DNA from: a virus
Lineage: Duplodnaviria > Caudoviricetes
DNA length: 52,211 nt
IMG/VR virus record: IMGVR_UViG_3300033149_003773
Location: 1 to 52,211 of that record
Reading direction: 5' to 3' (one strand)
Shown piece after piece: positions 26,657 through 35,665 of this stretch (position 1 is its first letter; each line of letters begins with the position of its first letter). The notes beneath the pieces were generated by a model. It was not told where the DNA came from. It saw only the letters and a program-made list of their open reading frames with translations, and did no database searches. A program made the position numbers and the translations under genes.

Positions 26657-27090
26657 TGACCTTTGAAGAAGATGTTGTCGATTTTTCAGAAGAAGAGGAG
26701 TCTTATACTGGCGGAGCACCAGAAGGATATCATGTAGGTACTATTAGGATCGCTGAAGTAAGGAGGGCAAAGAGTGGTAATAGGTATATAAAACTCATGA
26801 TAACTGTGGGCAGTTACTCACCCATTAATGCACTGATGTTCTTGAATTACTCACAAAGTAGACGTGGATTCATGGAAATGATGGAAGCCTTCAATGTTAA
26901 ACTTGAAAGGAGACCTTATACCTTTAGCGAACTAAATAATATACTTAGTGTCGTAATAGGTGAAAGAATCAGATTTAAGCTCACATATGATAAAAAGGGA
27001 TTTGCTCAAATTTCTGACATTAAAAGATATAGTGGAGAAGGCGTGGAACAACCGAAGATACCGAACGATGACGATACTCCACCATTCTGA
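26653..27090 (+). CDS. single-stranded DNA-binding protein (DUF669-like)
   Basis: PEGYHVGTIRIAEVRRAKSGNRYI; acidic C-terminus DDDTPPF; adjacent to Sak4. Confidence 0.75.
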   Translation: MMTFEEDVVDFSEEEESYTGGAPEGYHVGTIRIAEVRRAKSGNRYIKLMITVGSYSPINALMFLNYSQSRRGFMEMMEAFNVKLERRPYTFSELNNILSVVIGERIRFKLTYDKKGFAQISDIKRYSGEGVEQPKIPNDDDTPPF

Positions 27091-27105
27091 TGAGGAGAGG
27101 TTTTC

Positions 27106-28935
27106 ATGGAATTCATCTACACTGAGTTTGCACAAGGTGTTCACGATCGTGGAAACATAATTCCTTATTATGATATTCCTAAGGCTATTGAAGAATTACC
27201 TCCTAAACAGCGGAAGGATATTTTCATTAACACTTTGTTGTTTGATAAAACGTTTATGGAATATGTAAAAAATACGGGTAGCGTAAGCGGGTATCTTGGA
27301 CCCGCTTACATGCCCTACTTTCCAATTGATATTGACGGTGAAGATTCACTTGAAGTAGTGCGCAATATTCTTGATTTTCTGCAAAGTAATGAAGTTCCAA
27401 TCGAGTTCCTCCGTGTATTCTTTTCAGGCTCAAAAGGCTTTCATATCATGATACCGAATAGCATGATAGGCGCCGAACCATCTGAAAATATATCAACTTA
27501 CATGAGAAAATTCTATGAACTATTGTTTGGTAAGGATTTAATAGATACTTCAATATATAACCATGTTAGGCTGTTTAGGTATCCGAATACGATACACTCA
27601 AAAAGTGGTTTATATAAACATGAGCTATCTATTGAACAAATATCCCAGTTGACATTTAATGAGATTAAGCAACTTGCTACTCAACCTTCAACGTACAAAG
27701 CTAACAATTACACAGGTGAGCACATTACATTCCTGCGAAACTATTGGAAAGAAGCGATAAATAGGTCAAGTACGATAGTAAAACAAATTACTATTAAGGA
27801 TGACACACCAGAAGATGCAAAGTACTATTGCTATAAGGCACTATTCAGAAAAGGTGCACCAGAAGGGCAAAGAAATGAAACAGCACTTAGAGCCGCTTGG
27901 ATTCTAAAGAAGACAGGTTTACCTTTTGAATTGGCACTTGAAACGGTAAATAAATGGAATTACTTGAATCAACCCCCTTTACCAGAAAAGGAGATAGAAC
28001 AAGTTGTAAGACACGTCTTCGAGCACGATTACAAGTTTGGTTGTACGGATAAAATACTTTCACAATACTGCAATCACGCATGTCCTATATTTCAAATACG
28101 CCTAAAAAGACAAGAAGAAAAGAAAGAGGTTTATAACTTTCATCAGCTCGCCATTAACTATGCAAACTTTGCTAAAATGTGGGCTACACAAGCTATACCA
28201 TTTGGACATGAAGGCATCGATAGGTACTTTCGTGGCTTATTGCCAGGATTTCTTGTTTATATCATTGCCCGTCCTGGGATTGGAAAGACAAGTTTTGCAG
28301 TAGATTTGATATATAGGTTAGCAGAAAAGAAAATACCTGCAGTCTTCTTCTCACTTGAAATGAGCAAAGAAATGATTTTTGAGCGTATGGCTTCACGAGC
28401 ATTAGGAATACCACAAGACAAGCTGATGTATCTTGCCCTCGAAAAAGGTTTTACTCAATATACCGAAACATTGAATGATGTCTATAACACCGTTATTGTT
28501 AATGAAAAAGCGGGAGTAGATTTGGAATATATCAAGAACTACGTTCGTTTTGTTGAAAGCAGCGTTTTGGGTAAGAAGGTAAAAGTTGTCGTAATAGATC
28601 ATTTTACAGCCATAGCAATAAGTGGTGGTTCACCTTATGAGCAAGCAAGTAAGAAAGCGATAGGCTTGCAACAATTATCGAAAGAATTAGAAGCTTCGTT
28701 TATAGTGTTAACTCATACCAATAGGCAAGCTGGAAGGGGGGATATAGAGGTTGAGATTAATATGGGGCGTGATTCATCAATAATTGAAGATACGGCAGAC
28801 CTAATTCTTACAATGTGGCTTGATGAGAATGATTCAAGATATGTAAAGATTGCTAAGAATCGTTATGGGGTCAGTGGTATAACTATGAAAACTATGCCTG
28901 ATTTTACCACGAATAAGTGGGAGATCAAGGTTTAA
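27106..28935 (+). CDS. primase-polymerase (AEP) / PriCT / SF4 DnaB-like helicase fusion
   Basis: DID and FSGSKGFHI AEP motifs; EGQRN...WN..NQPPLPEKE PriCT; ARPGIGKT, FSLEM, VIDH and IAKNRYG helicase motifs. Confidence 0.9.
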   Translation: MEFIYTEFAQGVHDRGNIIPYYDIPKAIEELPPKQRKDIFINTLLFDKTFMEYVKNTGSVSGYLGPAYMPYFPIDIDGEDSLEVVRNILDFLQSNEVPIEFLRVFFSGSKGFHIMIPNSMIGAEPSENISTYMRKFYELLFGKDLIDTSIYNHVRLFRYPNTIHSKSGLYKHELSIEQISQLTFNEIKQLATQPSTYKANNYTGEHITFLRNYWKEAINRSSTIVKQITIKDDTPEDAKYYCYKALFRKGAPEGQRNETALRAAWILKKTGLPFELALETVNKWNYLNQPPLPEKEIEQVVRHVFEHDYKFGCTDKILSQYCNHACPIFQIRLKRQEEKKEVYNFHQLAINYANFAKMWATQAIPFGHEGIDRYFRGLLPGFLVYIIARPGIGKTSFAVDLIYRLAEKKIPAVFFSLEMSKEMIFERMASRALGIPQDKLMYLALEKGFTQYTETLNDVYNTVIVNEKAGVDLEYIKNYVRFVESSVLGKKVKVVVIDHFTAIAISGGSPYEQASKKAIGLQQLSKELEASFIVLTHTNRQAGRGDIEVEINMGRDSSIIEDTADLILTMWLDENDSRYVKIAKNRYGVSGITMKTMPDFTTNKWEIKV

Positions 28936-28936
28936 G

Positions 28937-29599
28937 ATGGGAGGAAAGATTATGTACAACAAGATCACGATAACTTTGAAAGAACATGTGAATAAGTTCA
29001 GAGACATTCTTGATACAGTGAGTGCTCTAATTGAAGAGGGGCATCCAGAGCTGGAGATACTCGATAAGTTAAATAACATAGCACACCAGATATTATTTGA
29101 CATATGCTACTCTTGTACAATGGTAAAGTCTGCAATCGGGGCAAGTATTCAGTCAGAAAATGAAGCTGAAGCTTCGAAAGTTCTCGGCAATCTCATTGCA
29201 GAATCCTCTAATGTAGCGGTGGGCATTTTTAAGAATGGCATAAAAGAGCTGGAAAAAATATCACAACGGCTTTGTGAAAAAATTCAAGAAGGTTCACAAA
29301 GACCTGCAAATGAACTGATGCCTGATTTTGCAACAGCACTTTCAATTATTGTAAACTCATACATGATTTGTGTCTTTTCAGAGGATGCTTTGGGTGTTCC
29401 TGTAAAAGGAGAAGATAAAGAATTTAAAGAGGGAGTGCAAGCAGTCGTAAGTGCTATGACACTTGAGATGTTTAATGATCCAAAAAGGAAACAAGCCAAT
29501 AAGGAATATTATGACCGTGTGACAAAGTTGAACAAGGAAGCATTAAGTAAGTTTATAGATGATGAGGATGACGAAGATGGGGAAAATGCAAAGGAATAA
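28937..29599 (+). CDS. helical hypothetical protein
   Basis: 220 aa ORF within the operon, acidic C-terminus. Confidence 0.65.
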   Translation: MGGKIMYNKITITLKEHVNKFRDILDTVSALIEEGHPELEILDKLNNIAHQILFDICYSCTMVKSAIGASIQSENEAEASKVLGNLIAESSNVAVGIFKNGIKELEKISQRLCEKIQEGSQRPANELMPDFATALSIIVNSYMICVFSEDALGVPVKGEDKEFKEGVQAVVSAMTLEMFNDPKRKQANKEYYDRVTKLNKEALSKFIDDEDDEDGENAKE

Positions 29600-29873
29600 G
29601 GGATATCGTGGTGAGCATAATCTTGTAAGAATACTTAAGGAATCTGGAATAGAAGCAAAGCGGATACCTTTGTCAGGAGCCACTGAATTTCAAAAAGGAG
29701 ATGTGCAAATACAAGACTTTATTGCAGAAGTTAAGCTACGCAAAAATGGCTTTAAACAAATATATAAGTGGCTTGAAAATTCCGACATCCTGTTTATAAA
29801 AGCAGATAGGAAACCATATCTTGCAGTTATCCCACTTGAATTGCTTGTGGACTTACTTCAAAACCAGAGGTGA
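29577..29873 (+). CDS. Holliday junction resolvase (Hjc-like PD-(D/E)XK)
   Basis: QRNKGYRGEHNL...RIPLSGA....GD......EVK. Confidence 0.85.
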   Translation: MGKMQRNKGYRGEHNLVRILKESGIEAKRIPLSGATEFQKGDVQIQDFIAEVKLRKNGFKQIYKWLENSDILFIKADRKPYLAVIPLELLVDLLQNQR

Positions 29874-29877
29874 TGGT

Positions 29878-30240
29878 ATGCAACTCTTTGGTAAGCGCAT
29901 CAGGATTTATACCGCTTTTAGAGAGTTTCTCATTGTTCCAGCACCAGAATCAACAGTTAGAATTTACAGCGATGGTATTGAGATTGACGAGCGAAACACC
30001 AGTGAACCACGAGTTTATCTAATAAAACTTAACAAGAACATGAAAGATTTTCTTGCAACTCTTGAAGCGCATAATGAAGTTACACTTTATTGCCCTAAGT
30101 ACAAAGTAGCACGAAAGTTTTATGAGCGAAACTACAATATCACGGATAAAGACGGGATTGTTCTGAAGGTTGAACGCACAGAAGGTTTTAAGAAAGTAAC
30201 TTATGAAAAGTTTTACTTTCTTAACTGCAAGGTTGGTTAG
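29878..30240 (+). CDS. hypothetical protein
   Basis: GAGGTG RBS. Confidence 0.6.
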   Translation: MQLFGKRIRIYTAFREFLIVPAPESTVRIYSDGIEIDERNTSEPRVYLIKLNKNMKDFLATLEAHNEVTLYCPKYKVARKFYERNYNITDKDGIVLKVERTEGFKKVTYEKFYFLNCKVG

Positions 30241-30253
30241 AGGAGGGGAACAT

Positions 30254-30577
30254 ATGGGTAGGAAAAAATATGAAGCCAGTCTAAAAAGAGTGGTTAGCTC
30301 AGAAAGCTACAAAATCGATCCTGAATTGGTAATGATACTTTATCGGCTTGGAAAGTGGGTAAGAGAAGGCAAAATTGAACCATTTGAATTAACCGAGGAA
30401 GAACTTTTAGAATTGTCTACAACAAAAGAGAAACACATGAGGGGTATAGACAATGAAGAATTGTCTATAACAGAGAAAAAGCTCGCAGAGTGCATAGACA
30501 ACGCTGAAAAGGAATTGCTGAGTATCGTGAGAAAGAAATATGAACAAACAAATAAAAAGACGGAAAGGGGAGTGTAA
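30254..30577 (+). CDS. hypothetical protein
   Basis: AGGAGGGG RBS before MGRKK. Confidence 0.6.
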   Translation: MGRKKYEASLKRVVSSESYKIDPELVMILYRLGKWVREGKIEPFELTEEELLELSTTKEKHMRGIDNEELSITEKKLAECIDNAEKELLSIVRKKYEQTNKKTERGV

Positions 30578-30581
30578 TGCT

Positions 30582-31547
30582 ATGGCTTATTCATATTCAC
30601 AATTAAGAACGTATTTATATTGTCCACAAAGATATAGGTTTCATTATATCGAGGGTCTATCGGAAGATACATCAGATATTCTCGAAAGAGGAATAGTTGT
30701 TCATGAAGCAATAGCGAAAAATGATCCTAAACTTGTAATGGAAGATATTGAAAATTACGTAATGTTTCAAAATGCCAGAGAATACCTAAGTTTTGTCAAA
30801 CCAATAGCTTTTGAAGTAAAGCTGGGTATTACAAAGGATTTCAAACCTGCACCATATCAGGACGCATTTTTTCATGGCATAGTTGATGTAATATATGAAG
30901 GAGGATTGCTTGATTGGAAAACAGGACAGTCCAAACCCGATGCACTTCAGCTATTGTTAAATGCTCTGATTGCACGTATAAATGGGTATACAATAAATGA
31001 AATAACTTACGTTTATCTACACAGTAATACATCTTCAGCAACGCCATACACAGATGAAATGCTCGAAGATACAAAGGATGCGCTTTTATCACTTGTTGAA
31101 GACATTGAAAATGATACAACATTCGAGGCTCGTCCTTCACATAAGTGCTATTACTGCCCGTATGCTGAGCAATGCGTTGAAAGTCTGGGCGAAAGTGTGC
31201 AAGATAAACTCAAAAAATTTATCATTACTAAAAAATACAATAAACGGTTACGGGAAGAGCTAAAAGAATACATTAAGCAAACAAATAAGGAAGTTCAATT
31301 TGAGAACTTTGCATTTTCACATGAAAGGACGGTATGCTATCGCTGTAAAGATAAAGATTTGCTGAAAGCAAGGCTTAGCGAAGAAGGAAAACTTATAGAT
31401 TTAGCAGATATACCATCACAATATTATGAGACATTGCACAGAGAAGGATATGATGATATAATAAAGCCTTATCTCAGAAATAGTTACACTTTGATTGAAA
31501 AAGGAATGGATACGTATGATATTCATAGTGTACATACCATAAGTTAG
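30582..31547 (+). CDS. Cas4-like PD-(D/E)XK exonuclease
   Basis: SYSQLRTYLYCP, G..VH, GIVD...DWKTG, QL, and CYYCPYAEQC (four-Cys Fe-S pattern). Confidence 0.88.
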   Translation: MAYSYSQLRTYLYCPQRYRFHYIEGLSEDTSDILERGIVVHEAIAKNDPKLVMEDIENYVMFQNAREYLSFVKPIAFEVKLGITKDFKPAPYQDAFFHGIVDVIYEGGLLDWKTGQSKPDALQLLLNALIARINGYTINEITYVYLHSNTSSATPYTDEMLEDTKDALLSLVEDIENDTTFEARPSHKCYYCPYAEQCVESLGESVQDKLKKFIITKKYNKRLREELKEYIKQTNKEVQFENFAFSHERTVCYRCKDKDLLKARLSEEGKLIDLADIPSQYYETLHREGYDDIIKPYLRNSYTLIEKGMDTYDIHSVHTIS

Positions 31548-31577
31548 GTATATATTTAGTGAAAAGGGGGAAAGATT

Positions 31578-31853
31578 ATGAATAAGTTAGATGTTTATGT
31601 GGGAGAAATGCACGTAGATGGTAAAATTAAACACGTAGCAATAGAGAAGAAGCTAATTGACAAAGAGGATATAACAGAGTCTGGTGTATTATCTAAACGA
31701 GGTATGAAAAAGTTTAAGTTATCACACACGGTTGAGTTTGTTGGAGTAGGAACATTAATCGTTGAACGCGGACAGGATATAGCAAAAGACACGAACGGTA
31801 TTTATCAATGGAAGTACATGCCAGAAATGCGAGTGTGGTTAGAAACCTTTTAA
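31578..31853 (+). CDS. hypothetical protein
   Basis: AAGGGGG RBS. Confidence 0.6.
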   Translation: MNKLDVYVGEMHVDGKIKHVAIEKKLIDKEDITESGVLSKRGMKKFKLSHTVEFVGVGTLIVERGQDIAKDTNGIYQWKYMPEMRVWLETF

Positions 31854-31870
31854 CAAAGGGTGGTGAAGAT

Positions 31871-32230
31871 GTGGAAATATTTGAATTACTTTCTGCCTTC
31901 AATGAACATGGTATCTTCTACACAATAAGTTTAGAAAGCGGATTTTGTAGATGCGAAATCGATACTCCTAAGGTGTCGCTCAATATGGGAAAGAATTGCA
32001 GTTTGAGTTTTGAGAAGGATGAGCTTAAAGTTATAGTTCCAGATAGCAAGTTGAAAGCTCTTGATAATGCTAACTTGGAAGTAAGAATATTAAGGATTTC
32101 AAATCATGTAGAATGTTCGTTGGTGTTTTCTAATACCAAGCACGACATCACTTTGTATGTAGACCTTGGAGATTGTTCCAATAGTGTTCAAGATGTCATG
32201 AAAGCCATTGAATTGATTCTTCAAAAATAG
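31871..32230 (+). CDS. hypothetical protein
   Basis: GGTGGTG RBS before the GTG at 31871. Confidence 0.55.
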   Translation: MEIFELLSAFNEHGIFYTISLESGFCRCEIDTPKVSLNMGKNCSLSFEKDELKVIVPDSKLKALDNANLEVRILRISNHVECSLVFSNTKHDITLYVDLGDCSNSVQDVMKAIELILQK

Positions 32231-32288
32231 GTGATTATCAGTCATTGGTTAGTCAATCCTGCTCACCCCTCCCTGTTCCTTGTTACTC

Positions 32289-32313
32289 GCCACGGGTATA
32301 CCCCGTGGCTTTA
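32289..32313 (+). terminator. intrinsic terminator ending the replication operon
   Basis: gccacggg-tatac-cccgtggc-tttt. Confidence 0.75.
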
Positions 32314-32710
32314 CTATAAAAGTCGTGTTTATTTTACATTCGTGTGCGCTGAGATTCGCTCAGATTTGATTTTCTTAAACGCATGAATAGTTTTATATAC
32401 CCCCAAGGAAAAACCTACCCTTAAAATCGATTCTCGCACGTCAGCTTTGAAAGTCAGCTCTATAAAAGGGTTTAAATATCTTATATCCGTCCATGACTCC
32501 ATTTTAGGGACAAGCACCTCCGAGAATAGGTGGCTATTATTCGAGGAAGTAACACAATCGTAACCGTTTTACACGAGCGATATAGTATATTTAGAGTTGG
32601 AGGGTATAATTATATATCTCTGAGTTTCTACCCCTTTTGAAGCTGTGTTATATCACTTTAAAAATGTCTATCTCTCAATAATAAATTTTGTGGAGAAGGG
32701 GGGAGAAAAA

Positions 32711-33085
32711 ATGAGAAAAGAATGTCAGCATTATGACACTTGTTCTGCTCCTTTTTGCCCTTTGGATCACATGAGCTTGAAACACGGCATTTGGTATCCA
32801 GATGAGGACATATGTTCAAAGCGCTCAGTTCCAGATTGGGTTAGAGTACAGCGAAAAATAGCCAAAAGAACACCAGACACGGATAAATATTTCACTTTTG
32901 AGATGTTAAATCGCAATTGTAGAATTGGCAAGGCAATTGTCGGATTAGACCCAGACAAAGACGAAAAACCGCAGTTAAAACGATGGTTAGAGAAGCACCC
33001 TCCGAAAAGAAAACTAACCGAAGAAGAGAAGACAGCACTCAGAGAAAGAATGAGAAAAGTACGTGAGAAAAGCACTTCAAAATAG
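32711..33085 (+). CDS. Cys-rich basic protein (possible Zn-binding)
   Basis: C....CSAPFCPLD...WYPDEDIC; basic C-terminal helix; own TATAAT at about 32605. Confidence 0.7.
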   Translation: MRKECQHYDTCSAPFCPLDHMSLKHGIWYPDEDICSKRSVPDWVRVQRKIAKRTPDTDKYFTFEMLNRNCRIGKAIVGLDPDKDEKPQLKRWLEKHPPKRKLTEEEKTALRERMRKVREKSTSK

Positions 33086-33135
33086 TTAGCCCTTTTTTTC
33101 TCACTCTCCAAGATTCTATAATAACATATAACCAT

Positions 33136-33162
33136 AAAAAATCCCCACGTTTCCGTGGGGGA
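33136..33162 (-). terminator. intrinsic terminator at the convergence of the two arms
   Basis: aaaaaa-tccccacg-tttc-cgtggggg. Confidence 0.7.
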
Positions 33163-33190
33163 AAGCTTTTCTATATAAAGGGGGGCAGGG

Positions 33191-33802
33191 TCAAACTCCT
33201 TCTGTTTCTGATAAACCGCTTGTTAGTTCAGACCATATAATGTATAAACTGATATATTCAGCGGTATCTGTTGTGCTTACATTTTCAATCTCGATTATGT
33301 AGATAGCATTTGGTTTCAGAATAAATTCTGCTCCTGAAAGGTGGGACAAGACACCACCTGTTGTGGTTTGATTCGATGTTGCACCACCAACAAGTGTTTC
33401 GATCCATATTGTGCCACCTGTGTAAGATGGATTCTGTTTCATGCTAACTTGACTTTGGTTTGTTGAATTGTCGTTTAAGTTGTTGATTGTGAGAGGATTA
33501 GAACCTTCATCTGTAACAGTAGCATCTTTTATGAGCCTCGCTCTTGCTGTTGCACCGAATGCGTTAACACACAGTGATTTTAAGTGTACAAATAAGTTTT
33601 CTGGCGTTTTAAAGCTATAAGTGTATTTTGCACCAGCTACTACATCACTTAGATTAGATATTATACTGAAAATTTTGCCACGATGTGATAGCTGATGGTT
33701 ATCTTGAATGACACGTAGACCACCCACTATCTCATCTATGAAACTTATTTCCTTTCCAGCGGAAGAAATTGCTCTCCCAGTTAACATCACGATGTTTTGC
33801 AC
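33191..33802 (-). CDS. hypothetical beta-rich protein (possibly structural)
   Basis: 203 aa; GGGAG RBS; FILKPNAIYIIEIEN. Confidence 0.6.
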   Translation of the reverse strand: MQNIVMLTGRAISSAGKEISFIDEIVGGLRVIQDNHQLSHRGKIFSIISNLSDVVAGAKYTYSFKTPENLFVHLKSLCVNAFGATARARLIKDATVTDEGSNPLTINNLNDNSTNQSQVSMKQNPSYTGGTIWIETLVGGATSNQTTTGGVLSHLSGAEFILKPNAIYIIEIENVSTTDTAEYISLYIIWSELTSGLSETEGV

Positions 33803-33826
33803 GGTACCATCTCCCTCTTGGAGATA

Positions 33827-34168
33827 TTAGAACTTGATACTAATACCTATACCAAACTTTGGTTTAAACCTGCCGTGAAATGTATCGTTCCAGCTATTAG
33901 CTATTATACCATGTGCTTTCAAAAAATCATTGATGTTATATCCGATTGATGCACCTAAGTTCTTACTTGAAAAACCTGCATTTAGGCTTAGTCTTCCTTT
34001 TTGCCACAAAGTCGCCATCATTAAAGCGTCATAGTCGAAACCCTCGCCCGAAGCGAGGATAGAATAAACCGTTTCTATTCCATATTTGTCCTTTATGCCT
34101 TTATAGGCTGTGAGTATTGAAAGGAGTGTTTTAGGCGACGGATTTTGGAAGAAAAAACACGATAGCTT
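33827..34168 (-). CDS. beta-strand-rich open frame ending KFGIGISIKF (possible +1 frameshift partner of the upstream holin-like gene)
   Basis: Frame open for 113 codons from 34168; the first ATG (34021) has no good RBS. Confidence 0.45.
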   Translation of the reverse strand, partial: KLSCFFFQNPSPKTLLSILTAYKGIKDKYGIETVYSILASGEGFDYDALMMATLWQKGRLSLNAGFSSKNLGASIGYNINDFLKAHGIIANSWNDTFHGRFKPKFGIGISIKF

Positions 34169-34580
34169 CTATCACATAATTAAGTATATTTCTAAGCTGT
34201 GGTGTTATTTCAAAGTTATCAACCCTTGCGAGGTCCTCAACAATTGCAATTGCTTCCTCTTTCATTTGCGCATAGAGTTGTGTCATTTCTTCTTCTGTTA
34301 TCTTGCCGTCTTCTAATGCCTTCTTTTTCTCTTCTTTCAAGGTCTTGTAGCTTTGTTCAACGGCTGTTGCCGCTATCTCGGCATACTTCAACATCTTCTC
34401 GATTGGCGATTCTTCTAAGGGATTTTTGTCAAATAAGTCAGCTATTTTTCTTACACCACCTATGATTTCTGGTGTCAATGACAGAATTGCTCCAACTACT
34501 TTATTGTAGTGTTTAAAGAGCATATATACTACCCAAAAAGCTCCAACTCCAAGTGAAACAAAAAGAATTGTCTGCCACAT
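34131..34580 (-). CDS. holin-like membrane protein (LL-H family-like)
   Basis: N-terminal TM helix; KYAEIAATAVEQ and K..A...V...IEAIV pattern. Confidence 0.55.
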   Translation of the reverse strand: MWQTILFVSLGVGAFWVVYMLFKHYNKVVGAILSLTPEIIGGVRKIADLFDKNPLEESPIEKMLKYAEIAATAVEQSYKTLKEEKKKALEDGKITEEEMTQLYAQMKEEAIAIVEDLARVDNFEITPQLRNILNYVIEAIVFFLPKSVA

Positions 34581-34613
34581 ACTTTCTCACTCCTTTCCTT
34601 ATTATTATACACC

Positions 34614-35393
34614 TTATAAACTTGTTTCTCTAATCTCAATGCTCTTTGTTAAGCCGCCTTTTAATATTATCTCCGTAACAACATTAGGTGAAGGTGGGAG
34701 CATTTTGCGTTTAGCATAGTCATCTTCAACCCATGAAGGGATGACTATGTGTCTCCTTGTGGTTTTCAAAACTTTCTTGTTGTGTGCATCATATTTCCAC
34801 ACAGCAGTAGGTATTACCATAGGAACGTGTGTATGTGCTGAAATGTAGCAATCTACGCCTTCTATAAAATTGTCAAAGTATCTCGATTGCCTCGCAGATT
34901 TTTCTATAAACCTACCACCCGCATTGCCGTGTGCAATAACTATTGAGTAACTCAACCTGCGCCTTGAACCTATACCTGCACCGTGTTTTAGAGAAATATC
35001 TAAAACCATGCAAGTTTTGGAAAAAGGTATTTTTAATAGATAGCACATGTTTTCTATCGTAGAATCATCTGTATCTTTTAAACTCCTGTTTTCGTGGTTT
35101 CCTATGATTAGTGCAAGCGTTCTGTTTTTGAATGGAACTAAGAACTTATCCCTCAATATCTTCATAGACTCACTCGGTGTTAAAACATCTTCATACACGT
35201 TTCCAATTGAGTTCTTTATACTGTTGTTTACTACATCACCCATATAAATTATATAGCTATCCTTGAATCTTTCAATGACCTCAAGTGCTTCTTTCCATTT
35301 GCTACCAGCAGAACCTATATGTAAATCACCGATTGGAATGATACTAAGACACTTCTTATGAAATTCAAATGTGGCAACAGGAATATCGTTCAA
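34614..35393 (-). CDS. calcineurin-like metallophosphoesterase
   Basis: GDLH, GD, GNHE, HG and HTH motifs. Confidence 0.88.
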   Translation of the reverse strand: MNDIPVATFEFHKKCLSIIPIGDLHIGSAGSKWKEALEVIERFKDSYIIYMGDVVNNSIKNSIGNVYEDVLTPSESMKILRDKFLVPFKNRTLALIIGNHENRSLKDTDDSTIENMCYLLKIPFSKTCMVLDISLKHGAGIGSRRRLSYSIVIAHGNAGGRFIEKSARQSRYFDNFIEGVDCYISAHTHVPMVIPTAVWKYDAHNKKVLKTTRRHIVIPSWVEDDYAKRKMLPPSPNVVTEIILKGGLTKSIEIRETSL

Positions 35394-35435
35394 TTTTCCT
35401 CCCCCTTTATAAGTTGCTTGTAAAATACTTTGTTA

Positions 35436-35636
35436 TCACGGCTGTTCCTCCACAATGTCTATATCTGCCTCCTCGCAGTGGCTCAATAGCTCTTGTAGCT
35501 CGGGTCGCTGTTTATATGATATATCCGCTATATCTACAATTTCGCCGTTAGTGAGTTTTACAGAGCATATAACAACCTTAGCCGCTGATAATTCTTTTCT
35601 AAGCTGACTATCTTGTGGAACGATAAAACACTTCAT
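35436..35636 (-). CDS. small hypothetical protein
   Basis: AGGAGGTG RBS. Confidence 0.6.
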   Translation of the reverse strand: MKCFIVPQDSQLRKELSAAKVVICSVKLTNGEIVDIADISYKQRPELQELLSHCEEADIDIVEEQP

Positions 35637-35665
35637 TGTTACACCTCCTAAGAATGTTATATATA

